Part shown: positions 42,501-50,569 of the stretch, piece after piece
Layout: every line of letters starts with the position of its first letter
Position numbering within the stretch: position 1 is the first letter of the stretch
DNA from: an uncultured Acidobacteriota bacterium
GTDB lineage: Bacteria > Acidobacteriota > Blastocatellia > RBC074
Direction of reading: 5' to 3'
Length of the DNA stretch: 64,000 bases
NCBI GenBank assembly: GCA_963796275.1
Contig: CAWCKY010000006.1
Span: 96,001 to 160,000 of the forward strand
Notes under the pieces: model-generated
The model's input: the letters and a program-made list of their open reading frames with translations, nothing else
Database searches by the model: none
What the model was told of the DNA's origin: nothing
Made by a program: the position numbers and the translations under genes

Positions 42501-45500
42501 GCCAGGGAAGTCTTCGGAGACGGGCTTTGCGCGATAAAAGAGATAGAGTTTCAAAAAGCGCTTTTCCTGACTGAAGGCGAAACGACGAAGCTCCAGATGG
42601 TCTTCGATCCAGGAGCGGCCGCTTTCGAGGTCTTCAGCCGGATTAAAGACACCAAGCAGGCTGCCAGACAACCGTGGATTCGCCATTCGGCTGGCAAGCT
42701 ACTCCAGGAGCCCGGCGCCGCTCAACCGGTCGCGCCCTTTTCTATAGATAAGATTCGAAGTCGCTGCGACAAGGATTTCTCAGACATTTGCTATTCCGCT
42801 TTTCGGGGATTCGGCCTCGACTTCGGCCCGTCTTTTCAGGGGATCGAGCGGCTCTGGCGCGGAGACAGTGAAGCGCTGGCGCTGATACAAGTCCCTGAAT
42901 CGGTAGCCGAAGACATTCAGGGCTACCAACTCCACCCGACCCTGATCGACGCCTGCTTCCAATCGCTGCTCGCCTTTTTGCTTGCCGAAGGGGCGGATAA
43001 CAACCGGAAAGGCCCGCTCTATCTCCCCGTGTGGATAGAGCGGCTTCGGGTCTACGGCCGCCACGGCTCTAAACTGTGGAGCTATGCCCGTCTGATTGAG
43101 CTAACCGACGTCGGTCTGGAGGGAGATGTTTGGCTGCTTGACGAAGCCGGAAATGTCTTGATCGAGATACAGGGCTTCCGTCTCCAGGCTCTGGAAGCGG
43201 CGCGGTCCAGCGCTTCAGAGTCTATGACAGACTGGTTGTATGAGTTCGAATGGCAACTTGATCGGCCGGAAGCGCGAATCGGGGAACTGATCTCCTCAAC
43301 ACAGGAGATGCCGGGAAGCTGGATGATCTTCGCGGACAGCGGCGGCGTCGGAGAGAAACTGGCGGAGTTGCTGGCGGCGCGCGGCCAGAAGCCGATTTTG
43401 ATCACCGCGGCAAAATCCTATCGTCGCATCAGTGAGGATCGCTTCCAGCTATGCCCGGAACGAGTGGATGACATCCACCAGCTGTTTGAGGCCGTGTGCG
43501 CCGATGAGCCGGGCGGAGCAAACCGCGCTGGCGGAGCCGGCTGTCGCGGCGTGATACATCTCTGGAGTTTGGATACCGCTCCGCCCGAGGTATTGACGCA
43601 CATCTCGCTGGAGGCGGCGCAGAATCTCGGATGTGGGGCCGCGCTGCGCCTGGTTCAGGAGCTGGCCAAACGCCAATGGACAAATGCTCCCCGCCTCTGG
43701 CTAGTGACGCGTGGCGCGAACACGGTCAGGGCCGGCATTGAGCCAGCCTCGGTCGCTCAATCCCCGCTGTGGGGGCTCGGAAGAGTGATCATCAACGAGC
43801 ACCCGAACCTGCGCTGCCGGATGGTCGATTTGTGCCCGCCTGGCCGAATGGACTCCTCACAAGAGATTCAACTGCTCTTCGACGAGTTGTGGATGGACGA
43901 CCATGAAGAAGAGGTCGCTTTTCGGGATGGCATGCGCTACGTCCACAGGATGAACAAAATGGCGGCCAAAGTCTCCGAAGCTGAGTCGCAGGAAAGATTC
44001 AAAGCCGGGGATGATCAACCTTTCCGCCTGGAGATTTCAGAGCCAAGGCTCCTGGACGCCTTGACACTGCGTGCGACACGGCGTGAGGCGCCAGGCCCCG
44101 GAGAAGTTGAAATTAAAGTACACGCGGCTGGTCTCAACTTCATGGATGTAATGAAGGCGGTAGGCATCTATCCTGCCGAAGACTTCAGCGAAACGACCTG
44201 GCTCGGCAGCGAATGCGCTGGCACGGTCGTTGCCGTGGGAGAAGGCGTGAGCGAATTTCGCCTCGGAGACGAAGTCATAGCGGTGGCTAGCGGTTGCTTC
44301 AGCGCCTTCGTCAAGACCGACGCCAATCTGGTAGTCCGCAAAACATCTCATCTCAGCTTTGAGGAAGCAGCGACGATTCCGATTGTTTTCCTGACGGCTT
44401 ATTACGCGCTCAGTCATCTGGCGCGACTGCGGAAAGGCGAGCGAGTGCTTATTCACGCCGCTGCCGGGGGCGTCGGCCTGGCCGCCATCCAATACGCCCA
44501 ATACATCGGCGCGGAGGTCTTCGCCACGGCGGGAAGCCCCGAAAAACGTGAGCTGCTGCGATCTCTGGGGGTGCGGTGGGTGATGGATTCACGATCCCTT
44601 GATTTCGCCGATGAGGTAATGGAGATCACCGGCGGAACGGGCGTGGATGTCGTCTTGAACTCTTTAATCGGAGAGGCCATCCCAAAGAGCCTCTCGGTTC
44701 TGGGCGCCTACGGGCGTTTCCTGGAGATCGGCAAACGCGATATTTATCAGAACAGCAAGTTGGGGCTCCGGCCTTTCCGAAACAACCTGTCGTATTTCGC
44801 CATTGACATATCTCGGCTATGTTTCAGAACGCCTGAAGTGGCCGGCAAATTTTTCCGCGAGCTGATGCATTATTTCGAGGACGGAACTCTCCGCTCCGTC
44901 CCGTATCAACCCTTCTCTATTTCAGATGCCGTGAGCGCCTTCCGCTACATGGCCCAGGCGAAACACACGGGAAAGATCGTGCTGTCGCTGCAAGGCCAGG
45001 AGGTGTGGGTGGCGCCCGCCGTCCATCAGGAGGAAGGGCAGGTTCTCCCGTTCCGTTCCGATGGGACGTATCTCATCACAGGAGGCTTGGGCGGGTTCGG
45101 CTTGGCAATCGCCCGGTGGATGGTTGAGCGAGGAGCGCGGCATCTGGTCTTGATGGGAAGAAGCGGGGCGTCGTCTCGCGAAGCGGAGACAGCCCTGGAG
45201 GCAATGGAACAAGCCGGCGCCGAGGTCGTCGTCGCCCGGACGGATGTCAGTAAGGAGCGGCAGTTGGCCGAGGTTCTCGACAACATACATAGATTCATGC
45301 CGCCGTTGAGGGGCATCGTCCACGCGGCGATGGTTATTGACGATGGCTATCTGTTCCAACTCGATGAGGAGCGCTTCAAGAAAGTAATGGCGCCCAAAGC
45401 CGTGGGCGCCTGGAATCTGCACACCCAGACCTTGACCTGCCCGTTGGATTTCTTTGTGCTTTTCTCCTCGGTCACGTCACTGATCGGGAATCCGGGGCAG

Positions 45501-46226
45501 GCGAACTACTGCGCCGCAAACGCCTTTTTGGACGCTCTGGCGCACTACCGCCGGTCCCTGAACCTTCCTGCCCTGACCATCAATTGGGGCGCCATCGGTG
45601 AAGTCGGATACCTCGCCCGGCATGGTGAGGTCAGTGAGCAGCTGGAGCGGCAGGGACTGGCGCCATTATCCATCGCAGACGCCACAGAGATGCTGGAACA
45701 TCTGCTGCAACGGAACCCGGCTCAGGCGGGCGTGATCAACATTGACTGGCAAAAGTGGGGCCGGTTTATGCCTGAGGCGGCCGCCTCGCCGCGGTTTTCT
45801 CATCTGATTCGCACAAACGGAGATCAGCAGGCAATGGACGATCAGGGAGAAATCGGCGGTTCGCTCCTCAACTTGATCCTCGCCGCAAAACCGGAAGAGC
45901 GCCAGCAAGCGCTGGCGATGCGGTTGTGCGAGCAGGTGGCGAGAGTGCTGGGAGCCGCGGTGGCTGAGCTGGATACCGAGCAGCCTCTGACCAGCTTTGG
46001 ACTCGATTCGATTATGGCGGTCGAGATGAGCCATTGGATCGGAAATGAATTGAAGATGGACTTGCCGACCATAGCCCTCATCCGGACCCCGAATCTCTCC
46101 CACCTCGCGGGGCAGATCCTCGACCAACTGGACGCCCGATCAACCGCGACCTCCGCCTCTAACTTGGCGGCTGCGAGCGAGACGGCGGATGTTGGAAATC
46201 TAACGGCGGGCACGGCGGTGGGGTAG
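39576..46226 (+). CDS. Reducing type I PKS KS-AT-DH-ER-KR-ACP
   Basis: KS: DTACSSS. AT: GHSAG, VPYH. DH: HRVQGTVTYP. ER: GGVGLAA. KR: GGLGGFG, YCAAN. ACP: GLDSIM. Confidence 0.95.
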   Translation: MNSEPKVSDASNRLDIAIIGIGCRFPGGANSPGAYWELQRNGVDAITEVPADRWDSKAFYHPDSGRPGKINSRWGGFIERIDHFDARFFGISPREAARMDPQQRMLLEVAWEALEDGGQTLERLAGTGVGVFIGVSTMDYQEITRCVSDREFIDAHTNTGGAMSIAANRISYVFDFRGPSFAVDTACSSSLTAVHLATRSLRDGECELALVGGTNALIKPETTMGFSRASMLSPDGRCKAFDASANGYTRGEGAGMVVLKPLKKALADGDPIYAVIRGTAINEDGHTSGITVPGRQAQEAMLRQAYRQAGVVPSDVQYVEAHGTGTPVGDPIEAQALGAVLGQGRPPGDHCVIGSVKTNIGHLEAGAGIAGLIKVALMMRHRAIPPTLHFRDPNPNIPFEELRLRVPRTLEPWPDGKGLARAGVNSFGFGGANAHVVLEEAPQEDRGSGIEDRRSQSAILDQSSIHNPQSAYLLPLSARSPEALRAVAQAYQSFLAGDGAGTPLSDLCYSASLRRSHHDYRLALVGRSHEELAGSLAAFLAGETRHGLSSGHPVFGHRPRIVFVFSGMGPQWWAMGRQMLEQEPVFREAIERCDELLRRHAKWSLLEELLADESQSRMSEAEIAQPANFALQVALAALWRSWGIEPDAIIGHSAGEVAAIHVAGVMNLEEAVRVIFHRSRLQQRATGKGKMAAVSLSLAEAGRAIEGYEDRVSIAAINSPMSVTLSGDADAIEEIVRTLELRQVFSRILQVEVPYHSRHMEPFKDELSQSLRDLELRPASIPLYSTVSGLCIGLADSRELDAEYWWRNVRNPVRFAEAMDRLIQDGHNVFVELSPHPVLAGSISQCLMQSGQKGTILPSLRRQEAEREQMLGSLGVLHTLGNKVEWERLYPEGGRFVRLPSYPWQHERYWQESEVAEQSRLGRQIHPLLGRRMASAHPSWELDLDMQHLPYLGDHRVQGTVTYPGAAYVESALAVAREVFGDGLCAIKEIEFQKALFLTEGETTKLQMVFDPGAAAFEVFSRIKDTKQAARQPWIRHSAGKLLQEPGAAQPVAPFSIDKIRSRCDKDFSDICYSAFRGFGLDFGPSFQGIERLWRGDSEALALIQVPESVAEDIQGYQLHPTLIDACFQSLLAFLLAEGADNNRKGPLYLPVWIERLRVYGRHGSKLWSYARLIELTDVGLEGDVWLLDEAGNVLIEIQGFRLQALEAARSSASESMTDWLYEFEWQLDRPEARIGELISSTQEMPGSWMIFADSGGVGEKLAELLAARGQKPILITAAKSYRRISEDRFQLCPERVDDIHQLFEAVCADEPGGANRAGGAGCRGVIHLWSLDTAPPEVLTHISLEAAQNLGCGAALRLVQELAKRQWTNAPRLWLVTRGANTVRAGIEPASVAQSPLWGLGRVIINEHPNLRCRMVDLCPPGRMDSSQEIQLLFDELWMDDHEEEVAFRDGMRYVHRMNKMAAKVSEAESQERFKAGDDQPFRLEISEPRLLDALTLRATRREAPGPGEVEIKVHAAGLNFMDVMKAVGIYPAEDFSETTWLGSECAGTVVAVGEGVSEFRLGDEVIAVASGCFSAFVKTDANLVVRKTSHLSFEEAATIPIVFLTAYYALSHLARLRKGERVLIHAAAGGVGLAAIQYAQYIGAEVFATAGSPEKRELLRSLGVRWVMDSRSLDFADEVMEITGGTGVDVVLNSLIGEAIPKSLSVLGAYGRFLEIGKRDIYQNSKLGLRPFRNNLSYFAIDISRLCFRTPEVAGKFFRELMHYFEDGTLRSVPYQPFSISDAVSAFRYMAQAKHTGKIVLSLQGQEVWVAPAVHQEEGQVLPFRSDGTYLITGGLGGFGLAIARWMVERGARHLVLMGRSGASSREAETALEAMEQAGAEVVVARTDVSKERQLAEVLDNIHRFMPPLRGIVHAAMVIDDGYLFQLDEERFKKVMAPKAVGAWNLHTQTLTCPLDFFVLFSSVTSLIGNPGQANYCAANAFLDALAHYRRSLNLPALTINWGAIGEVGYLARHGEVSEQLERQGLAPLSIADATEMLEHLLQRNPAQAGVINIDWQKWGRFMPEAAASPRFSHLIRTNGDQQAMDDQGEIGGSLLNLILAAKPEERQQALAMRLCEQVARVLGAAVAELDTEQPLTSFGLDSIMAVEMSHWIGNELKMDLPTIALIRTPNLSHLAGQILDQLDARSTATSASNLAAASETADVGNLTAGTAVG
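40905..40984. repeat. In-frame heptamer hairpin, (GAGGATC)n ... (CAATCCT/CGATCCT-like)n, in the KS-AT linker
   Basis: GAAGATC GAGGATC GGGGATT GAGGATC GAAGATC followed by complementary units; encodes EDRGSGIEDRRSQSAILDQSSIHNPQS. Confidence 0.85.
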
Positions 46227-46231
46227 TGCGT

Positions 46232-46315
46232 AGTTTTAAGTTTTCAGTTTTAAGTTTTCAGTTTCGGTTCGGTGACCTCGACCGAAAACTAAAAACTTAA
46301 AACCAAAAACTTAAA
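46232..46315. repeat. Heptamer-repeat hairpin, (AGTTTTM)n ... (AAAACTW)n
   Basis: Between the PKS stop and the RBS of the next gene. Confidence 0.9.
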
Positions 46316-46335
46316 TCTATTTTCGGAGGAATGTC

Positions 46336-46941
46336 ATGGAGATAGTTATCAAACCGGCGATCAACAACGAAGAGCGCGACTCGATGTTCCGCGTACGGCA
46401 GGAAGTCTTCGAGCGCGAATGGGGGATCGGGCTCGCGCAATTGCGGGCTTATAACGAGACCGCCTTACATTTACTCGCCCTGGTCGAGCCTGGCGAATAT
46501 CCGGTCGCGGCGCTCACCGTGGTGGACACAAGCGGCGATCAACAGCTCCACGAGAGCTACCGTTTGGGCTTCGCACCGCACACTCGCGCGGCGCGCTATA
46601 CCCAACTCGCCGTGCTCAAGCCTTATCGCGGGATGGACGTCCCGGTGCGGATGATCCTCGAAGCGCATCACCGCTTCGTCGTCCCCGGCCGGTTCGATTA
46701 CACCTGGCTGTTATTCGACGCACGGCACGCCGCGTCGTCGTCGCTCTGCCAGTGGCTCGCTTTTTCCGCGAGCGAGCAAGCTTTCGCGTCCGAATACGGC
46801 TTCAGCCGCTCGTTGGTAAGAGACGAGCGCACGCAGCGCTGCAAACGAGCCATCCGGCGAGTAGAGCGGTATTTTGGGCAGAGCGCGTGGCCTTTATTGC
46901 TTGCGAAATCGCAGCGCGAGCAGGTCGGATCATCTAGATAA
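46336..46941 (+). CDS. GNAT-fold acyltransferase-like protein
   Basis: FRVRQEVFEREWG, ALHLLA and RYTQLAVLKPYRG resemble the GNAT/ElaA/acyl-amino-acid synthase fold; GGAGG RBS. Confidence 0.65.
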   Translation: MEIVIKPAINNEERDSMFRVRQEVFEREWGIGLAQLRAYNETALHLLALVEPGEYPVAALTVVDTSGDQQLHESYRLGFAPHTRAARYTQLAVLKPYRGMDVPVRMILEAHHRFVVPGRFDYTWLLFDARHAASSSLCQWLAFSASEQAFASEYGFSRSLVRDERTQRCKRAIRRVERYFGQSAWPLLLAKSQREQVGSSR

Positions 46942-46966
46942 CTGTTAAAGAAAGAGAAACAAGGAA

Positions 46967-49900
46967 ATGCAGCGGGAGATCATCAACGGATTCCGGCTTT
47001 CACCGCAACAAAGGCGGCTGTGGTTATTGCAGCAAGGGAGCTCCGCCTATTGCGCTCAATCCGCCATTCTGATTGAAGGCGGCCTCAGACCGGAGGTTTT
47101 AAAGGAAGCGGTGTATCGAATCGTCAGGCGGCACGAGATCCTCCGCACGACTTTTCACAGTCTGCCAGGCATGAAGCTGCCGGTTCAGGTGGTGGCTGAA
47201 GAGAGCTCGCCTTCGTCTCTCCCATTGTGGTGGGACGACGACCTGAGCGATCGGAGCGCGGCGGAACAGGCGGAGAAGATTGAGGAGCTTTCCCGGGAAT
47301 ATCTCTGCCACCCATTTGATTTGGGTCAGGGCCTGCTCCTGCGCGCGTTTTTGCTGAGGGTTTCGGTTGAGAGACATATTCTCTTTCTCAGCCTGCCTTC
47401 AATTTGCGCCGATGCCCGGACGCTCAAAAATCTGGCTATTGAAATCGGCCTGTCTTATCAAGCTTATTTGATGGATGAGGCGCTATCCGGCGAGCCGATA
47501 CAATATGCGCAATTCTCCGATTGGCAGAATGACTTGCTCGAGGACGAGGATGCCGAGGCGGGCAGGGAGTTCTGGCGCAAGCAAACTCTCGCGGCGCCGC
47601 CGGCTGTTGCGCTTCCGTTTGAAAACGAGCGCGCGGGGCAAAATGGCTTTGAGCCGGACTCTTTTATGTTGGCGCTGGATCGGGGGATAGTGGCCGGTCT
47701 CGAGACCGTCGCCGAAAGACAAGGCGTCTCGACCGATGTCTTCTTACTGGCCTGCTGGCAGACGTTGTTGTGGCGACTGACGGCGCAATCCCGCATCGTC
47801 ATTGGTTACGCCCACGATGGCCGACGGCACGAGATATTGCAGGGCGGCCTCGGATTGTTCGCCAGATGGTTGCCGATCGGCTCCCGCTTCGGGGCGAATC
47901 TTCGGTTCAGCGAGGTCTTGTCTCAGATCGCAGCCTCCAAACGGGCAGCTGACGAATGGCAGGAATATTTCGTCTGGGACGATGCCCTGGCCTCGGAGGT
48001 TTTAAGGGATGACACGCCGCCGTTCTTTCCCATCGGATTCGAGTTTGAAGAACGCTGGTCGCCGCATCTGGCCGGCGGCCTGTTATTTTCAATCCACCGA
48101 CAGAGTAGTTGTGCGGAACGGTTTCACATCAAGCTCTCCTGCCACCGGACGGGCGATCTGCTCATGGCGGAGGTTCATTTCGATCGCGAACGGTTTCGCC
48201 GCGCGGATATCGAACGCCTGGCAGGCCAATTCTACGCACTGTTGTCGTGCGCCGTCGAGCGCGTCGAGACGCCCATCTGCGCATTGGAGATGCTGAGCGA
48301 CGCGGATCGCCATCAGTTGCTGGTCGCGTTCAACGATACGAACGCCGATTATCCCAAAGACCAATGCGTTCACCAGCTTTTCGAGGAGCAGGCTCAGCGT
48401 ACTCCGGGAAACCTCGCGGTGGTCTTCTCTGAATCGTTCGGGCCGGAACCGGAACAGCGATTGACTTACGCCGAACTCAACGCCCGAGCCAATCAGTTGG
48501 CCCGTTACCTGCGGCGAATGGGAGTGAGGCCGGAAGCGATTGTCGGCCTTTGCCTGGAGCGTTCGGTGGAAGCGGTGGTGGGTATCTTGGGTATTCTGAA
48601 AGCGGGCGCCGCCTACCTTCCCTTGGACCCGGCCCTTCCACAAGAACGACTGGCGTTCATGTTGGCGGAGACGCAGGCGGTGGCGCTGCTGACTCAGGAG
48701 CGATTGGTCGAAAGAATGGGGGATGGGGATTGGGAAGCGAAGACTCAGAGCCAGACATTCCGCATTCCATATTTCGCATTCGGCACTCGGGTGGTTTGCC
48801 TGGATGTGGATTGGGAGAACATCGCGCAGGAGAGCGAAGAGAATTTGGCCAGTGAGGCGACCGCCCGGGACCTGGCTTATGTGATCTATACCTCCGGCTC
48901 CACGGGAGAGCCGAAAGGGGTGATGATCGAGCATCGCTCGGTCGTGAATCTGGCCAATGGCCTCATGCGGACTGTTTACGCCGGTCAAGGCTCGCCTCTG
49001 CGGGTGAGTCTCAACGCGCCGTTGACCTTCGACGCGTCGGTCAAGCAACTGCTGCAATTGCTCTACGGCCACACGCTATGCATATTGCCGGAAGAAGTCC
49101 GGCTCGACGGGAAAGAACTGTTCTCCTATCTGAATCGCCACTCGCTCGATGCGCTCGATTGTACGCCAGCCCAGTTGCAGCTTTTGCTGGGGGCCGGATT
49201 TGGCACTCGCCCGGATGCGGCTACGAAGTTGGCGCTGGTGGGCGGAGAGGCGATTGACGACGCGACTTGGGGATCACTGGTCGAGAAGGGCGAGACGAAT
49301 TTCCATAACGTCTATGGTCCGACTGAATGCACGGTAGACGCCACGGTGTGCAGTGTGCGAGAGGCGGCGGAGCCTGTGATCGGACGGCCCATCGCAAACG
49401 CGAAAATTTTTCTGCTTGACGAACGCCTCAATCCCGTTCCCCTTGGTGTTCCCGGCGAGTTGCACATCGGCGGCGATGGGCTGGCCCGCGGTTATCTCAA
49501 TCGAGCGAATTTGACGGCCGAGAAGTTCATTCCGAACCCGTTCAACGCAGAGCCGGGCGCGCGCCTCTATAAGACGGGCGATCTGGCCAGCTACCTGCCC
49601 GATGGGATGATCAAGTTTCTCGGCCGCACGGATCATCAGGTGAAGCTCCGCGGCTTTCGCATCGAATTGGGGGAGATTGAAGCGGCGTTGAAGAGGGCCC
49701 CGGACGTGCGGGACGGCGTGGTCGTAGTCCGAGAGGACACACCCGGCGATAAACGCCTGGTCGCTTATGTCGTCCAGGCCCGGGGGCGTGCATTATCTAT
49801 CGGCGAGTTGAGAGATTTCCTCAAAGAAAAGCTGCCAGAGTACATGATCCCTTCGGCTTTTGTCCGGCTAAATGATCTGCCTTTGACGCGACACGGGAAA

Positions 49901-50272
49901 GTAGACCGCCAGTCGCTGCCTGCTCCCGAAAGCGATCGCCCGGAGTTGCGCGCGTCTTATGTGGCGCCCAAGACCAGCATCGAAGGAACCATCGCCGCTA
50001 TCTGGCAGGAGGTGTTGCGGGTCGAGAAGGTCGGAGTAAACGACAACTTCTTCGATCTAGGCGGCCATTCATTACTGATGGTTCAGGTTCACAGCAAGCT
50101 TCGCGAAGCTTTCAGCAAGGAGATTTCTCTGATCGAGATGTTCAGAAACGCTACTGTTGGCTCACTCGCCCGGTACTTTGCCGGGGAGGGAGACCAGCAA
50201 CCCTTGCTTCAGAAGGCTCATGACCGCGCTCAAAAGCGGAGAAGGGCGCGGGGTAGGCAGACGCAGATTTAA
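46967..50272 (+). CDS. NRPS with a non-catalytic interface-type C domain, A(Glu), PCP
   Basis: N-terminal GFRLSPQQ, with LPSICAD in place of HHxxxDG. A code read by eye DAKDLGVVDK (SrfAA Glu type). PCP LGGHSL. Confidence 0.9.
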   Translation: MQREIINGFRLSPQQRRLWLLQQGSSAYCAQSAILIEGGLRPEVLKEAVYRIVRRHEILRTTFHSLPGMKLPVQVVAEESSPSSLPLWWDDDLSDRSAAEQAEKIEELSREYLCHPFDLGQGLLLRAFLLRVSVERHILFLSLPSICADARTLKNLAIEIGLSYQAYLMDEALSGEPIQYAQFSDWQNDLLEDEDAEAGREFWRKQTLAAPPAVALPFENERAGQNGFEPDSFMLALDRGIVAGLETVAERQGVSTDVFLLACWQTLLWRLTAQSRIVIGYAHDGRRHEILQGGLGLFARWLPIGSRFGANLRFSEVLSQIAASKRAADEWQEYFVWDDALASEVLRDDTPPFFPIGFEFEERWSPHLAGGLLFSIHRQSSCAERFHIKLSCHRTGDLLMAEVHFDRERFRRADIERLAGQFYALLSCAVERVETPICALEMLSDADRHQLLVAFNDTNADYPKDQCVHQLFEEQAQRTPGNLAVVFSESFGPEPEQRLTYAELNARANQLARYLRRMGVRPEAIVGLCLERSVEAVVGILGILKAGAAYLPLDPALPQERLAFMLAETQAVALLTQERLVERMGDGDWEAKTQSQTFRIPYFAFGTRVVCLDVDWENIAQESEENLASEATARDLAYVIYTSGSTGEPKGVMIEHRSVVNLANGLMRTVYAGQGSPLRVSLNAPLTFDASVKQLLQLLYGHTLCILPEEVRLDGKELFSYLNRHSLDALDCTPAQLQLLLGAGFGTRPDAATKLALVGGEAIDDATWGSLVEKGETNFHNVYGPTECTVDATVCSVREAAEPVIGRPIANAKIFLLDERLNPVPLGVPGELHIGGDGLARGYLNRANLTAEKFIPNPFNAEPGARLYKTGDLASYLPDGMIKFLGRTDHQVKLRGFRIELGEIEAALKRAPDVRDGVVVVREDTPGDKRLVAYVVQARGRALSIGELRDFLKEKLPEYMIPSAFVRLNDLPLTRHGKVDRQSLPAPESDRPELRASYVAPKTSIEGTIAAIWQEVLRVEKVGVNDNFFDLGGHSLLMVQVHSKLREAFSKEISLIEMFRNATVGSLARYFAGEGDQQPLLQKAHDRAQKRRRARGRQTQI
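48714..48787. repeat. In-frame heptamer hairpin, (GGATGGG-like)n ... (CATTCCG-like)n, inside the A domain
   Basis: Adds about 20 residues (MGDGDWEAKTQSQTFRIPYFAFG) relative to the paralogous A domains in this window. Confidence 0.7.
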
Positions 50273-50277
50273 AGTTT

Positions 50278-50553
50278 GAGGATCGAGAATTGAGGATAGA
50301 CTCAAACCTCGATCTTCCTGACCCCCCCGGATTTTGTGGCTTAGCCCTGACGGGCGGAATATTTATAGCTGTTCGCTTATCGAAAAGTTGTCTTTAGTTC
50401 CAGCGGGGCGGCATCTTCACGGCTAGATGTCGCTCCGCTGGTAGTTTGAGAGCTTTTCCTTGCTGGAACTATAAACATTCCGCGCCGCTGGCGTTCCCCA
50501 GATGCTTAACTCACAAAATCCGGCGGGATCAGCGATCTTCAATCATTGATCTC
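50278..50553. repeat. GAGGATC-type heptamer hairpin with a nested REP/MITE-like element (50323-50527)
   Basis: Terminal IR CCGGATTTTGTG ... CACAAAATCCGG; internal stems CCAGCGGGGCGGCATCT/AGATGTCGCTCCGCTGG and GCGGAATATTTATAG/CTATAAACATTCCGC. Confidence 0.8.
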
Positions 50554-50569
50554 GGAGGAAGGAAGAACG

